A stretch of 64,000 nucleotides of DNA, from NCBI GenBank assembly GCA_049472315.1, contig JBLIRN010000011.1, positions 14,186-78,185 on the forward strand, written 5' to 3'. Origin of the DNA: a bacterium (lineage in GTDB: Bacteria > SZUA-182 > DTGQ01 > JAFGSM01). Positions 51,073-61,960 of the stretch are shown here, piece after piece. The translations under genes were made by a program, and so were the position numbers. Every line of letters begins with the position of its first letter. Within the stretch, counting starts at the first letter, position 1. The notes under the pieces are model-generated. The model was not told the origin of the DNA, did no database searches, and saw only the letters and a list, made by a program, of their open reading frames with translations.

Positions 51073-53421
51073 ATGCTAAATGTATCGAAGGCAGCAAGAT
51101 ATCTATGGATTGCCATCATGGTTTTATCTCTGCTCGGTTCCGCACGGCCGGCGCCGGGTATAACGCACGTCCGGCACCCCAACTCCTTTTCCTCCCAGCC
51201 GCTCGTCGTTCCCACCATAAGCACTGTCACCGGAGATATACTCATAGACAATTTTGAGTATTGGGACAGCCCATACAACCACGGGTGGATACAGCAGGAG
51301 CCCCCCTATCCGGTATACGGATTCGGGCTGGGCTATGCGACGATCTTCTCTACCGTTCTTGATCTGCGGCAGGGAAGCAGGGTGCTCGATGTGTACCGTC
51401 CCGCCTCGGTATTCCTGGTGGGAACACCATACGAGAGACACTTCATCTCCCGGCCGCTCCTCGATCCGCAAGACCCTACGGGGGCAACCTCTATCAATCT
51501 GGATGAGGGGAGCAGGGGAACAAACTGTATACTCTACTTCTTATTCAGGGCGCCCCTGGGAATCGAGCCGTGGGACATCTTCCAGTTGGAGGTGTTCGGA
51601 AAGACCTCCGGGGGAGGCGACTTTATTATCCAATTCAGGCCCCTGCAACCCCGTGCCGGGAGCCGCCTGACTAATAGCGGGAACACCACGCACGACATGG
51701 GCGGATACCAGGCCACCCTGGTGCAGGAGGGTGACATCGGCACCGATGCCCCCATGATCATCCAGGTAAATATGGGCCGCAATTTCCTGGACGGCACATG
51801 GCACGTGGCGAGTTACTGCCTGCACGAGGTCAACGGAGAGGCACAGATCGCAGCAAACGGCTCCGTGGACCCCGACTGGGAGCTTACCTCCGCCGAGTTT
51901 ATCCGGGTAAGCGGGCAGATGTTCCGGGTGGACAATATCATCTTCAGGGCTGACCATCACACAACATATGATTATCCTGACCTGTTCGAGGTAGGCCCCC
52001 GATATGCGCAGCTATTCGAGCCCTATCGGTACCTTTTCGTTGCGGATTACGAGGGGGGCGTTATCGAGGGATTCGGCCGTTCCGAGACCAGGATCACGGA
52101 CCTCATGCTGGACCCCCTGAATTTCATCACCGATCCGGCAGAAATCCGTGAGATATGGATGGCCGATCTTGCAGCGCTCGGCGAGGACCCAAACTATGCG
52201 GACCCGAACAGCATGCTCTACGGGGAAGCACAGCCCTACCTCACGGAATTCATGGACAGGGGGCAGGATTTTGTCATCGACATCAATCTCCCTGTTTTCT
52301 CGGACCCGAACTTGAGGGTGGGGGGCTCGCTTTCAGAAGATGCCCGGCTGGAGCCACCCCTCGGGTGGAATGCCACGATCGGGGGATACGGTGCAAACGG
52401 CGTCCAGTCTTTTCTCATCCGGCCACTGCCCATAAATCCCTATGACGGGATGCCCACCTATATACCTGCATACTACACGGCCATCGATGCCATCTCGGTG
52501 TATGGAAGGGCCCACTACGGGCCGGCCCAGTGTTTTGCCCTCGAGTCCGCCATGTGGAACGCTGGATTCACCGTGTGGCCGAACATCGCGGCCATGGACT
52601 ACACCCCGATGTACTTCGAGGACCTGATCGTGACCATCGAGGTCACCAACGGGGCACATTCGGATGTGATGACCTTCCCCATCTCCGTGGTGAACTACCC
52701 GGTCGAGAACTATGCGCCCGTGGTACAGATCGACATCGACGATCAAACCTTCTATGTGGGAAAGGAACCCGATCCGGAGGCGGGCGAAAACGTCTATGTC
52801 ATCACCTTCGTGGATCCCGACTGTTTCATCTTCTCCCTGGCACAATTCGAGGGAAGACAGCCGGCAACGAGCCATGTTCCAGGGTTTCCGGTGAATGAAC
52901 AGTTCAGGACCGATCAGGACAACCTCACCTATCGTATGACCATCAACGGACTCCCTGCATATCGGTACGGCCCCTGGGTGGAGGAAATCATCGATCCCAG
53001 CAGCGGTCTGATCAGGTTCACCCCGCAATTCGAGGCAGCGCTCGTAACGATCGTGCGGTGCACGGACAGTTTAGGCGCCACGGCGCTCGGAGAGATCAAC
53101 ATCTTCTGTATCAATCCAGGCACATGGCTCAACCATCCCCCGGTCATTTCGGGAGGTCCCACCAATCCGGTGGTGATACGGGCAGGTGAGGAGCTTATCC
53201 TGCACGCCCCCCTCTTCAATGTCCACGACCCGGACGGAGACGAGCTGTATGCAACCTGCAACATCGGCTCATGCGGTCGTTCCTCCGACGGCGCCTTTTT
53301 ATGGGCGTTCCAGAGCAACTTCCCCGGGATCTATGGCGTGGAGGTCTTTTTCTATGATATACGGGGAGGATACGCCATACTCTACTTCCCGGTGATCGTG
53401 AAGCCCTGGTGGTCGTATTGA
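51073..53421 (+). CDS. Exported protein of unknown function, KPWWSY family paralogue 3
   Basis: Signal peptide; GDIL.D.FEYWD, FRAPLGI, PYDGMPTY.P, NHPP, FYDIRGGY, VKPWWSY shared with the other paralogues. Confidence 0.85.
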   Translation: MLNVSKAARYLWIAIMVLSLLGSARPAPGITHVRHPNSFSSQPLVVPTISTVTGDILIDNFEYWDSPYNHGWIQQEPPYPVYGFGLGYATIFSTVLDLRQGSRVLDVYRPASVFLVGTPYERHFISRPLLDPQDPTGATSINLDEGSRGTNCILYFLFRAPLGIEPWDIFQLEVFGKTSGGGDFIIQFRPLQPRAGSRLTNSGNTTHDMGGYQATLVQEGDIGTDAPMIIQVNMGRNFLDGTWHVASYCLHEVNGEAQIAANGSVDPDWELTSAEFIRVSGQMFRVDNIIFRADHHTTYDYPDLFEVGPRYAQLFEPYRYLFVADYEGGVIEGFGRSETRITDLMLDPLNFITDPAEIREIWMADLAALGEDPNYADPNSMLYGEAQPYLTEFMDRGQDFVIDINLPVFSDPNLRVGGSLSEDARLEPPLGWNATIGGYGANGVQSFLIRPLPINPYDGMPTYIPAYYTAIDAISVYGRAHYGPAQCFALESAMWNAGFTVWPNIAAMDYTPMYFEDLIVTIEVTNGAHSDVMTFPISVVNYPVENYAPVVQIDIDDQTFYVGKEPDPEAGENVYVITFVDPDCFIFSLAQFEGRQPATSHVPGFPVNEQFRTDQDNLTYRMTINGLPAYRYGPWVEEIIDPSSGLIRFTPQFEAALVTIVRCTDSLGATALGEINIFCINPGTWLNHPPVISGGPTNPVVIRAGEELILHAPLFNVHDPDGDELYATCNIGSCGRSSDGAFLWAFQSNFPGIYGVEVFFYDIRGGYAILYFPVIVKPWWSY

Positions 53422-53422
53422 C

Positions 53423-53959
53423 CTATAACCCCCATATTTGTTCGGCGGTCAAGAGATTCGCCAGGGGAATGCCGTATCGCGTGGAAAACATGCCGTTTGC
53501 CAATGGGATGAGATCAGACAGCAGGTTGTAATCCGTGGGGCCGAGGAAGGCATAATCAAGCGGTAACGCGATGGGAAGCGGAAACCCTGTCTCTGCACTC
53601 ACCATATACGGCGGCGGCCAACTGTTAAAGCCGAACAACTGGCTGAAATACATTAACCCACCGAAGTAGACCAGGGGGTTGTTGTAGAGGAGAAACGGCT
53701 GATCCTGGGCAGGGTCCCAGACCAATCCCGGTTGCACAGGCAGAATCGTATCCCTGTTCAGGTGGGTGATAAACGGCACAGGCAGTCCGGTCAGCGAGTC
53801 GATTGGTGAGAGCGCCGGTGACCACAGCGGCCACAGGACATTGTATGGGGGGAGCGCAATCCAGTTGGCCGCATGAAGCGGGATGTATGAGACAAGGATG
53901 ACTGCCGCCCCCAGAACGGCCATGCCGAGCAATCTTTTCTGAATGCTCAATCCGGACAT
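53423..53959 (-). CDS. Small exported Pro/Leu/aromatic-rich protein
   Basis: AAGGAGGT RBS, signal peptide ending LHA-A, mature start NWIALPPYNVLWPLWSP. Confidence 0.75.
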   Translation of the reverse strand: MSGLSIQKRLLGMAVLGAAVILVSYIPLHAANWIALPPYNVLWPLWSPALSPIDSLTGLPVPFITHLNRDTILPVQPGLVWDPAQDQPFLLYNNPLVYFGGLMYFSQLFGFNSWPPPYMVSAETGFPLPIALPLDYAFLGPTDYNLLSDLIPLANGMFSTRYGIPLANLLTAEQIWGL

Positions 53960-54464
53960 ATTACTACCTCCTTTATCGAAACCATGAAGGGTTTTCACAA
54001 AAGGCGTCCGAGCCTTATTTCATTGAATGGAATGTGATCATAATCCCTTGAAGGAATGCCTTATGTCAGCGGGAAAGGTCACATGACCCAATGACAGGAC
54101 ACTATACAAAAAGGGATCAAGGTGTTTGCCGCCTAAGCATTTTTATAAAAGCCGCCTGCCGCCGCCGTATACCCGATTACAGTTAATTAAGGGTACACAA
54201 ATGCGAGAATACCTCTATGAATGTTGGAGGCGGAAAGCCTTTGCAATATGCCCCATTGTAGCCGCTTGCACCTCCGTGATGCCCTGAGGGCAGCAGGCGG
54301 CCTTCGGAAAAACCTCACCTCCTTTCCCGCAGGAGAACCTTTGGGTGAGATGATACACATTCAACAATTTGGACGCGGACCACACCATTTGCCGCATCTC
54401 CCTGGCTTCGGTATCAAATGGATAGAATGAACGAAGGTACGTGGTGCTGTCACCTTTATTCAGG

Positions 54465-54480
54465 AGCAATCGATGTGCCA
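54465..54480 (-). promoter_or_regulatory. sigma-54 promoter
   Basis: Minus strand TGGCAC-ATCGA-TTGCT, about 500 bp upstream of 53959. Confidence 0.65.
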
Positions 54481-55350
54481 GGAATGTTTGGTGCCGGGGA
54501 ATGCCTGAGGACACCGGCATAATTGTTGTATGCCACATAAACGGTCAAAAATGGGTGGAGACCTTTAGCAAACTTTGACAGCAAATTGTGGCAAAAAGGC
54601 CCACCTCACTCCATCGAATTTTCAGCATCAGGGTGTTCGGCGCCTTTCGGATACGGATCGAAAATTCGGATATCGGTTTGGTATGCCCTCAGCCAAGAAT
54701 CATGTGGTATTGGTGCACGAAAGCGGAGAATATCACCGAATTAAAAAATACCACAAATTGTGCTTGACATTTGAAAATATCATATATATAGTCTTTTCCA
54801 GGATTCCACTCCGAGTTGAGAAGGGGAGTCTTCCGTGCCCTCAAAGGTCCGTATGAAAGGAGGGAACATACCGATATATAAATTAATTGGGGAGTAAGTA
54901 CCCTCACCTGATCTTTTTTATACCACTACATTAGTACATGAACCACTCGTATTGCGTAGAAAGGCAGCATACGTTTTTTGCAAAAATAACTTGATCGTTT
55001 CTACAATTTTAAAAAGCAATGCGAATAGCCGATTTTCATGATATCCATAGTGCCGGGATCATCAGACCCCATTCTATTTGCATGATCTTTGAACACACTG
55101 ACTTCATGATGCATAACACCAAATTCTCATTAGAGAGGCATCCTATATAAAATATAGGATTATCTTATTTACGGAAAGGATGTGATGCCTGCAATCAACA
55201 ATCACAGGTAACTCAAATCCTCTGATTTCACGATATGACAGACATCGGGAAGGGGGATGGCGCATTCGACAAAAATAGGGTGTGATGGCGGTGGAAGTTC
55301 GGGGTTTTCATTGTTGGATACGTTTATTGTTCGAGAAAGGGAATGATATT

Positions 55351-58300
55351 ATGGCAAGTGAAAACGGGAAATGCTCAAGGGTCTTTAAGGCTGGAGCTGT
55401 ATGTGCCTTACTGATGTTCTCTCTCTTTTTGTTATGCTCCTGCGGCGGCGGAGGCGATGGCGGCGTCGCGCCCACTCAGGGCATCACGCTTTCCGGTACC
55501 GTGGCTGCCGGTGCACCTCTGGCAAGAACCTTTGTGACGTTCAGGGATGCAAACGGAAACCGGTATTCGGACACCACGGATCTTAATGGTAAATATGCAA
55601 ATGTCAACATAACCAACGAAGGACTGACCCCTCCCGTGCTGATACGGGTCCAGGATCCCAACACGGGCATATTGTACAGCTATGCCTCCAAAACCGGCAC
55701 GGCCAATGTTCACCCTCTCACGGATCCTATCATCCGGGCATGGTACAGGGTCACCTATACCGCGTCAGACCCGACCCGGGACCTTGACGAGGACTTCTTC
55801 GATGAGACAGTCGTCCTCGACCTGCCCACGCAGAACGAGATCAACTTCATAAAGGCCGTTGTCCTGGATGTATTGGAAAACCTTCTGCTGGCAGTGTCCG
55901 ACAACGGATATCTCCCGGATGCGGACGGCAATCCCGTGGCGGTCGCCGATTTTGACCCGATGGAGACACCGTTCAATGCGGACAGCGGTGGTTTTGACAA
56001 GATCCTTGACCAGACCGAGATCGATACGAGCGAGGAGACGGGGAACCTCAACATCGTGGTCGATCCCAATTCCGATCTTGAAACCGAGATGGAGGAAACA
56101 GGCGGTTCAACCAATATCACCCTCGACACGGGCAACATCGTTGAAACCGACACCACGCCTCCCGCTCAGCCGGCCACACCTACCGCAGCCCAGGTCAGCA
56201 GCAACCAGATATTCGTTACCTGGAACATGAATGATCCCAACGACGAGGTGGCATATTACTTCGTCTATCAAAACGGGACAAAGGTGGCTTCGGTCATCTC
56301 AACGTTCTTTATCAAGCTCATCGATCCCAACGTTTCACAGACCTATACCTACACGATCGCAGCGAGCGACGCAGCAGGAAACCGCTCCGTCATGAGCAGT
56401 CAATCGAACACGATTTCCATTGCTGCACTGCCTACCGATACCGGAGCTCCGACCGCAGGAAGCCTGACTGCAACCGCGCTCGGCTTCGATGAGATAAGGC
56501 TCACCTGGACCGGTTTTACGGATGATATCGGTATCGTGCGCTTCAGGGTATACAGTTGCACTGACGGCACCTACGCGACCCGGACCCTCATAACAAAGGT
56601 CCCGGGACCGCCATTCGTCCATTTCGGACGGCAGGCCAATACGACCTACTATTATGCGGTAACCGCAGTGGATGCTGCGGGGTATGAATCCAATGCCGCT
56701 ACGGCGAGCGCCACAACAGGCCCTCCCCCAGCGACCGTCGATACCACTCCGCCGACTATACCCGGAAGCTTCAGCGCAACAGCGCCCGTCTACAATCGCA
56801 TAGACCTTTCATGGTCTGCCTCGACGGATAGTGGATCCGGCCTTGCCGGCTATTACATCTACCGTGGCGGTAAAGAGCTCGCCATGCTCGGCAAGACCGC
56901 GATCAGCTTTATTGATCCGAATTGTGAAGCATTGACCATGTATACTTACTGGATAAAATCGTTCGACGTCAAGGGGAACATCTCCAACATAGCGACTGCA
57001 CAGGCAACCACCCCTGATTCACCCGATGTCACACCACCTACCGTTCCCGCCGGCGTGATGGCGGATGCCAACGGCCCGAACGAGATCATCGTAACATGGA
57101 CCGCCTCGACGGATGACAAAAGTGGCGTTGCCGGGTATTACGTCTACCGCGGTGCCTCGAAGTTCACCGTCCCCTCCGGCACCAGCTATGCGGATTCGGG
57201 ACTCGATCCGGAGACGACTTACATCTACCAGGTTTCCGCCTATGACGTTGCAGCCAACGAATCCGCAAAGAGCTCTCCGGTAAGCGAAACCACACCGGCA
57301 GGTCCGCCTCCCGACGTTTCCGGGCTTATTAACGATGCAAAGGCATGTCTCGAGGCCAAGGACATCTCCGGGGCGAACGCCAAATTCAAGGCCGCCCTTG
57401 CCATCGATCCCAACCACAAGGACGCCAGTTTCGGCACGGCGATCACCGACGGGATCATGCTCCTCGATGATCCGGACCTGATCAGCTTCTTTAATACCTA
57501 TGAGACCTACAAGCCGACCATCGAGAATATCGTTTATGGAGTATTGTACAACACCTATGAGGTGTGGGGAGGCAGCAGCGATGTCCTGTGCGACAACGGA
57601 TCCCCCAAACCGAGTGCTCCCGATTACACGAAGCTCAGCGACCCCAACACCCCGGTGACCAGCTTCAGCGGTTACGATTATTATGTGATCTATGCGGCGC
57701 CGTTCAGCGAGGTTGACCTGACGCTGACCGGAACCGGCATTCAAATCGTCTGCAGCAACGGAGAATGGGAATGGACGGCGGGCGGCACGGACACCGTATC
57801 GGTCACCCTCGGGGGTAAAACGCTTTTTGGATCTTCGTTGATGGTTTCTGCCCCAAGCGGCATGACTCTGTCGACCCCGGATGGGGTGCAGAAGAAGACG
57901 CGTCTGAAGACGTTGAGCGACAGCGTTGTTACGGACGGGGATAATAAGTATGAAATCCCCTTTGCCGGCGAGCTGACGTCTCTGCTCAACAAGCTTCCCA
58001 AGAACAAGCGGACGGTGCGTTCCAGGATGAAAATCCTTGCCAGGTCGCTTGCAGAGGGACCTCCTTCACCTGCGGATGTCCAGGCACTGATCGATTCGAG
58101 CATTCTTCCCACGATCAACGGTATGATCGCCAATCTCCGGAAGGTGGAAAATAAGGGATACGAGTTCACCATTACCTCTGCCATGACAGGCGGCGCGGAA
58201 GTGGTGGACACCGTACTTGACGACGGCGAGTTCTATGCACTCGATGCGATGATGAATCTCCTCAAGTGCATGATGAACATCGTGACCGCATACAATCTGA

Positions 58301-59805
58301 ATGTCGACTTTGAGGTCATGGAGTATGATCCGCTCAGCCAGATCAGTCAGTCCACATTCTTCACCCTGAAGACCGGTGGTGCGACAAAGATGGCTGATGC
58401 GCTCACCGCGCTGCAGGATGCGGTGGAAATGGCGGAGAATGCCTATAATTTTGTCTTTACCGAGTGGGGGTATGCTCTTGCAACTGTTAACGGATGCGAG
58501 GTTTTAGAACCTAAAAACAGTGTTACCGACAACGGTTTGAAGCTCCATAGCTATGATGAATACAGATCCTGCGAGGACGGCGGGGTATATGATTTCACAC
58601 AGGATGACGATGATGAGATCGCGATGATCTTTGATGTCGCCAATCTCGTTCTGGCAGGAGAGGTGACGTTTGTGGAGGAGGTGGTGAGTGAAGAATACAC
58701 CGAGTCCATAACCGACGGCACTACAACGGTCACGCTTAAGACCGATGATGCAACCGGAGAGTCTGACTACGAATTCTCGATGAGGTTTAACGCCACCAGA
58801 TTCTTCACCCCCACCCCGCTTGACAGGACCGATCTGCCCACATTCGGGTACGACGTGCCCATCAATCTCACCCTCTCCCAGGCAGTTGGCGAACCGGTTA
58901 ATTCGAGGATAGACGCGGGTTACGACACCATTATCGGGACGGAGGATGACCACTATCTGCATTGCGAGATGTGGGAGATCAGCGCATTCCCGGACCTGAT
59001 GTTCAATGGGATATTCCCTGATGGTTTTCCGGAGTTTGACGCCATGGTATACCTTGACAACACCAAGACCGTTGTCATGCCGAAGGAAGTCCTCTGGGGT
59101 CAGTATGAATCCGCGGATCTCGAACTGCTGGCGGACGGAAACTTCTCGCTCCTGAAGTGTACCTTCGATATGGCTTCTCAAAACATGCTGTTCAGAATCA
59201 ATCCCACAGATGGTTCGATCCTTGCCAGCAAGCAGATAATTCCACCGGAAAGTCCTACCCCGAACACCGCCAGCTTTCTTCAGGCCCATGCCTACTATTC
59301 CGGTGATCTATGGGCAGTCGGCGGATACATGGATGGAGACCCTAACTTCCGTATGGGTGTCTTCAAGGTGAGCATAAGCGGCACCGAGGGTCAGGTATGG
59401 ACTCCCATACCCTTTAATTTCCCGAATATGGGGATGGGTGGGGACAGTTTCTGCACAGGCGACATTGCGAGTGACGGCACAAACTTCTATGTGTCGGTTG
59501 CCTATTGGAATGACTCCTACGAGAGAACATCGGTCATCCTGAAATTCGATCCCAATACCACAACGGAGATCACCGAATCGGATATTCTCATGTATATGGA
59601 CGATGACAACTACTGGGCTGCATGGAGATTGAGCCATGACGGGACAAACCTGTGGGTGGGAGCCCACAGATTGTTGAAGGTGAATCCTTCTACAGGCGAT
59701 GTGATCAAGGAGTATGAAGGGGAAAGCGGCGCCGCCAACCTGTATTACAACAGCAGGCTTGTTGCGGTGGAAGGCATGAAAATCCTCTTCTTTGTTGCAC
59801 CGTAG
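55351..59805 (+). CDS. Large surface lipoprotein with four fibronectin type III domains
   Basis: Lipobox LCSC-GGGG; four D.T.P...W......Y.VY...Y.V.A.D..GN units; acidic; C-terminal propeller-like region. Confidence 0.85.
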   Translation: MASENGKCSRVFKAGAVCALLMFSLFLLCSCGGGGDGGVAPTQGITLSGTVAAGAPLARTFVTFRDANGNRYSDTTDLNGKYANVNITNEGLTPPVLIRVQDPNTGILYSYASKTGTANVHPLTDPIIRAWYRVTYTASDPTRDLDEDFFDETVVLDLPTQNEINFIKAVVLDVLENLLLAVSDNGYLPDADGNPVAVADFDPMETPFNADSGGFDKILDQTEIDTSEETGNLNIVVDPNSDLETEMEETGGSTNITLDTGNIVETDTTPPAQPATPTAAQVSSNQIFVTWNMNDPNDEVAYYFVYQNGTKVASVISTFFIKLIDPNVSQTYTYTIAASDAAGNRSVMSSQSNTISIAALPTDTGAPTAGSLTATALGFDEIRLTWTGFTDDIGIVRFRVYSCTDGTYATRTLITKVPGPPFVHFGRQANTTYYYAVTAVDAAGYESNAATASATTGPPPATVDTTPPTIPGSFSATAPVYNRIDLSWSASTDSGSGLAGYYIYRGGKELAMLGKTAISFIDPNCEALTMYTYWIKSFDVKGNISNIATAQATTPDSPDVTPPTVPAGVMADANGPNEIIVTWTASTDDKSGVAGYYVYRGASKFTVPSGTSYADSGLDPETTYIYQVSAYDVAANESAKSSPVSETTPAGPPPDVSGLINDAKACLEAKDISGANAKFKAALAIDPNHKDASFGTAITDGIMLLDDPDLISFFNTYETYKPTIENIVYGVLYNTYEVWGGSSDVLCDNGSPKPSAPDYTKLSDPNTPVTSFSGYDYYVIYAAPFSEVDLTLTGTGIQIVCSNGEWEWTAGGTDTVSVTLGGKTLFGSSLMVSAPSGMTLSTPDGVQKKTRLKTLSDSVVTDGDNKYEIPFAGELTSLLNKLPKNKRTVRSRMKILARSLAEGPPSPADVQALIDSSILPTINGMIANLRKVENKGYEFTITSAMTGGAEVVDTVLDDGEFYALDAMMNLLKCMMNIVTAYNLNVDFEVMEYDPLSQISQSTFFTLKTGGATKMADALTALQDAVEMAENAYNFVFTEWGYALATVNGCEVLEPKNSVTDNGLKLHSYDEYRSCEDGGVYDFTQDDDDEIAMIFDVANLVLAGEVTFVEEVVSEEYTESITDGTTTVTLKTDDATGESDYEFSMRFNATRFFTPTPLDRTDLPTFGYDVPINLTLSQAVGEPVNSRIDAGYDTIIGTEDDHYLHCEMWEISAFPDLMFNGIFPDGFPEFDAMVYLDNTKTVVMPKEVLWGQYESADLELLADGNFSLLKCTFDMASQNMLFRINPTDGSILASKQIIPPESPTPNTASFLQAHAYYSGDLWAVGGYMDGDPNFRMGVFKVSISGTEGQVWTPIPFNFPNMGMGGDSFCTGDIASDGTNFYVSVAYWNDSYERTSVILKFDPNTTTEITESDILMYMDDDNYWAAWRLSHDGTNLWVGAHRLLKVNPSTGDVIKEYEGESGAANLYYNSRLVAVEGMKILFFVAP

Positions 59806-59848
59806 ACTTCATTATGCAGTGATTGAATGGTGCAATCCATTCGGCAGT

Positions 59849-59881
59849 AAAAAAGGGCGGCCTTTGGCCGCCCTTTTTTTT
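59849..59881. terminator. Bidirectional intrinsic terminator
   Basis: A6-GGGCGGCC-TTT-GGCCGCCC-T8 between convergent genes. Confidence 0.9.
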
Positions 59882-59983
59882 CACCATGCGTCCTTCGTGA
59901 CATAATCGGCTTTCGAGATCTGCGTGTGCCTATAACATTCTTTTCAGACCATGATCGTTTCAGACCATCGAAGATGTAACCAT

Positions 59984-61498
59984 TCAGAAGTACCACCGTA
60001 TCTCCAATGACTGGAGCGTCCCCCCGGGGTTTTCCCTCAATGTATTCCACGCCTCCTCGATGTCATCCCAGCGGATCTTGTACCATTCTTCTTCTTCACC
60101 GCCGCCCTCACCCCCACCTCCTCCTCCGACATCTTCGTCCCTTTCCTTCGCGGAGAGGAGGATGTATTGTCCGATACCGTAGGTCACTTCGAGATTCTTG
60201 ATGGTGTATGTGAAGCCGGCGGCAATAACACCGAGGGTGATTTTCGAGTACGAGAGGCTGCTGATGTGTTCATCCAGTTTCCCGATGAGTATCAAGGGGA
60301 TAGGAGTCCAGTCGTCCAGGACAACCTGCGGCGTCATATCGATATACTGGAGTCCGCCGCGTACGGTGAGCCTCTTTGTCCACTTTCCTTCAACACCGAG
60401 GTGATACTGCGTGGAATCGATCGACGCATCGAGATTGAAGTAGCGTTTGCCGGCAAGAAGTCTCTCCCAGAAGCTCAGGACGGCATCCGATTCGACAAGC
60501 CCGGCGCTGTGGGTGTCGAAATGGAGCCTTCTGACATTGAGATGATAGGTGGTCCCGGTATCCCGCCTGAATGCGAGCCCGGCGATCCATTGGCCGTATT
60601 GGGCATCGCCGTTATTATGCCCGCTGTCCAAGCCATTGACGTAGATATCCTGATGGTACCTGAAAGCGCCGTACTGCCGGAAATAGGTGAGGGTTAGCGT
60701 ATCGGTGACAGCGGAAGAGAGCCGGAATCCCTTCCGGTCCACGTGATGTGCATCGACAACGAAACAGGCGGAAAGTCTTGAGTGAAGCTTGATTTTCATG
60801 GTCATTTCAAGGACATCCTCCGAGTATCGCACCGGGAGCAGGCCGCGAATGTCATCCTCGGCAATGGTGAAATCGAGATTGAATTCCCGTGTAAAATCCC
60901 GTATGTCGATCCGGAAAATGGGGTCAGCCCTCAGCTCGACCTCCCAGAAATCGTCCGTGTGTTCATCATACCTCTCCAATCCCCCTCCAAGGGCAAGGAA
61001 CTCACCGGCTTGAACAGCGCAGGCAAGCACCCTGTGTGTTATCGGTTCCCGGTAGTTGAACTGGAAATTCTCCCGCGTATAATCGGCATGGGCCGTTGCA
61101 GTATCATCAGAGAATTGGAACCCAATGGAACTCCTTTTTATTGTCCCGTCGTGAGTATGGGGGATGATGCCCGTCAGTTTCGTTTCTCTTGCATTGATCG
61201 AGATGCGCTCCCAGTCGTTTTCGTTGCTGTTGAAAACGTTTTCGTCAGAAATGACATAGGATATGTATCCCTTTTTTTCGTGGACAAGCCGCGCAGGATG
61301 ATACAGGTCGGCATCCCCGCCGTCGACACTGGGATCAATTCCCCCTTGGCCAAGGGTTTTCGGGCTGTTCGATAGATATAATCTCAGGATGTCGAGGTCC
61401 ATTTCATATGCGGAGGCGGGCATGGATTGAAGAAGGATGAGGAAGGGGATCGTGATTATCACACACGTGCGCAGCAATGAAGAGGGTGGCATGCTCAT
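59984..61498 (-). CDS. Putative outer membrane beta-barrel protein
   Basis: Signal peptide (ASA-Y), alternating amphipathic strands, C-terminal LEIRWYF. Confidence 0.65.
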   Translation of the reverse strand: MSMPPSSLLRTCVIITIPFLILLQSMPASAYEMDLDILRLYLSNSPKTLGQGGIDPSVDGGDADLYHPARLVHEKKGYISYVISDENVFNSNENDWERISINARETKLTGIIPHTHDGTIKRSSIGFQFSDDTATAHADYTRENFQFNYREPITHRVLACAVQAGEFLALGGGLERYDEHTDDFWEVELRADPIFRIDIRDFTREFNLDFTIAEDDIRGLLPVRYSEDVLEMTMKIKLHSRLSACFVVDAHHVDRKGFRLSSAVTDTLTLTYFRQYGAFRYHQDIYVNGLDSGHNNGDAQYGQWIAGLAFRRDTGTTYHLNVRRLHFDTHSAGLVESDAVLSFWERLLAGKRYFNLDASIDSTQYHLGVEGKWTKRLTVRGGLQYIDMTPQVVLDDWTPIPLILIGKLDEHISSLSYSKITLGVIAAGFTYTIKNLEVTYGIGQYILLSAKERDEDVGGGGGGEGGGEEEEWYKIRWDDIEEAWNTLRENPGGTLQSLEIRWYF

Positions 61499-61960
61499 GT
61501 GGATGCCGTCACGAATCCTCCACGATTACACATAAAAGAAGGAATCGAGGGGATTACCGGAAGGATGACGCGCGTTGGGCATGAAGACGGATGGTTCATC
61601 GCAAGACGATCCCTCGCTAATATTACAATCATCGCAACACTCTACAATCGAGATACCCCATGGTCATTGAGACGGGGAACAGCATGAAGTAGAAGGATAA
61701 TTCAAAGATACCGGTAATGTCAATATAACGCGTGAGGTTCATCACGGGAGGTTCTTGAATGCATAATATGACAAAGGGGTAACCATTGATATGCTTTCGC
61801 TATAACGGCACGAGAGACACGGAATCATTCAGGAATCGGGGCCCATGGAGGAATCGATTGACGGGAGGCGTGCTGCCGAAGAAAGGAGAAACCTGTTGCG
61901 GATTATTTATAAAAAGCGAGAGCTGATGGCACCATGGACTGCGGCGAGCGATAACGGCGG

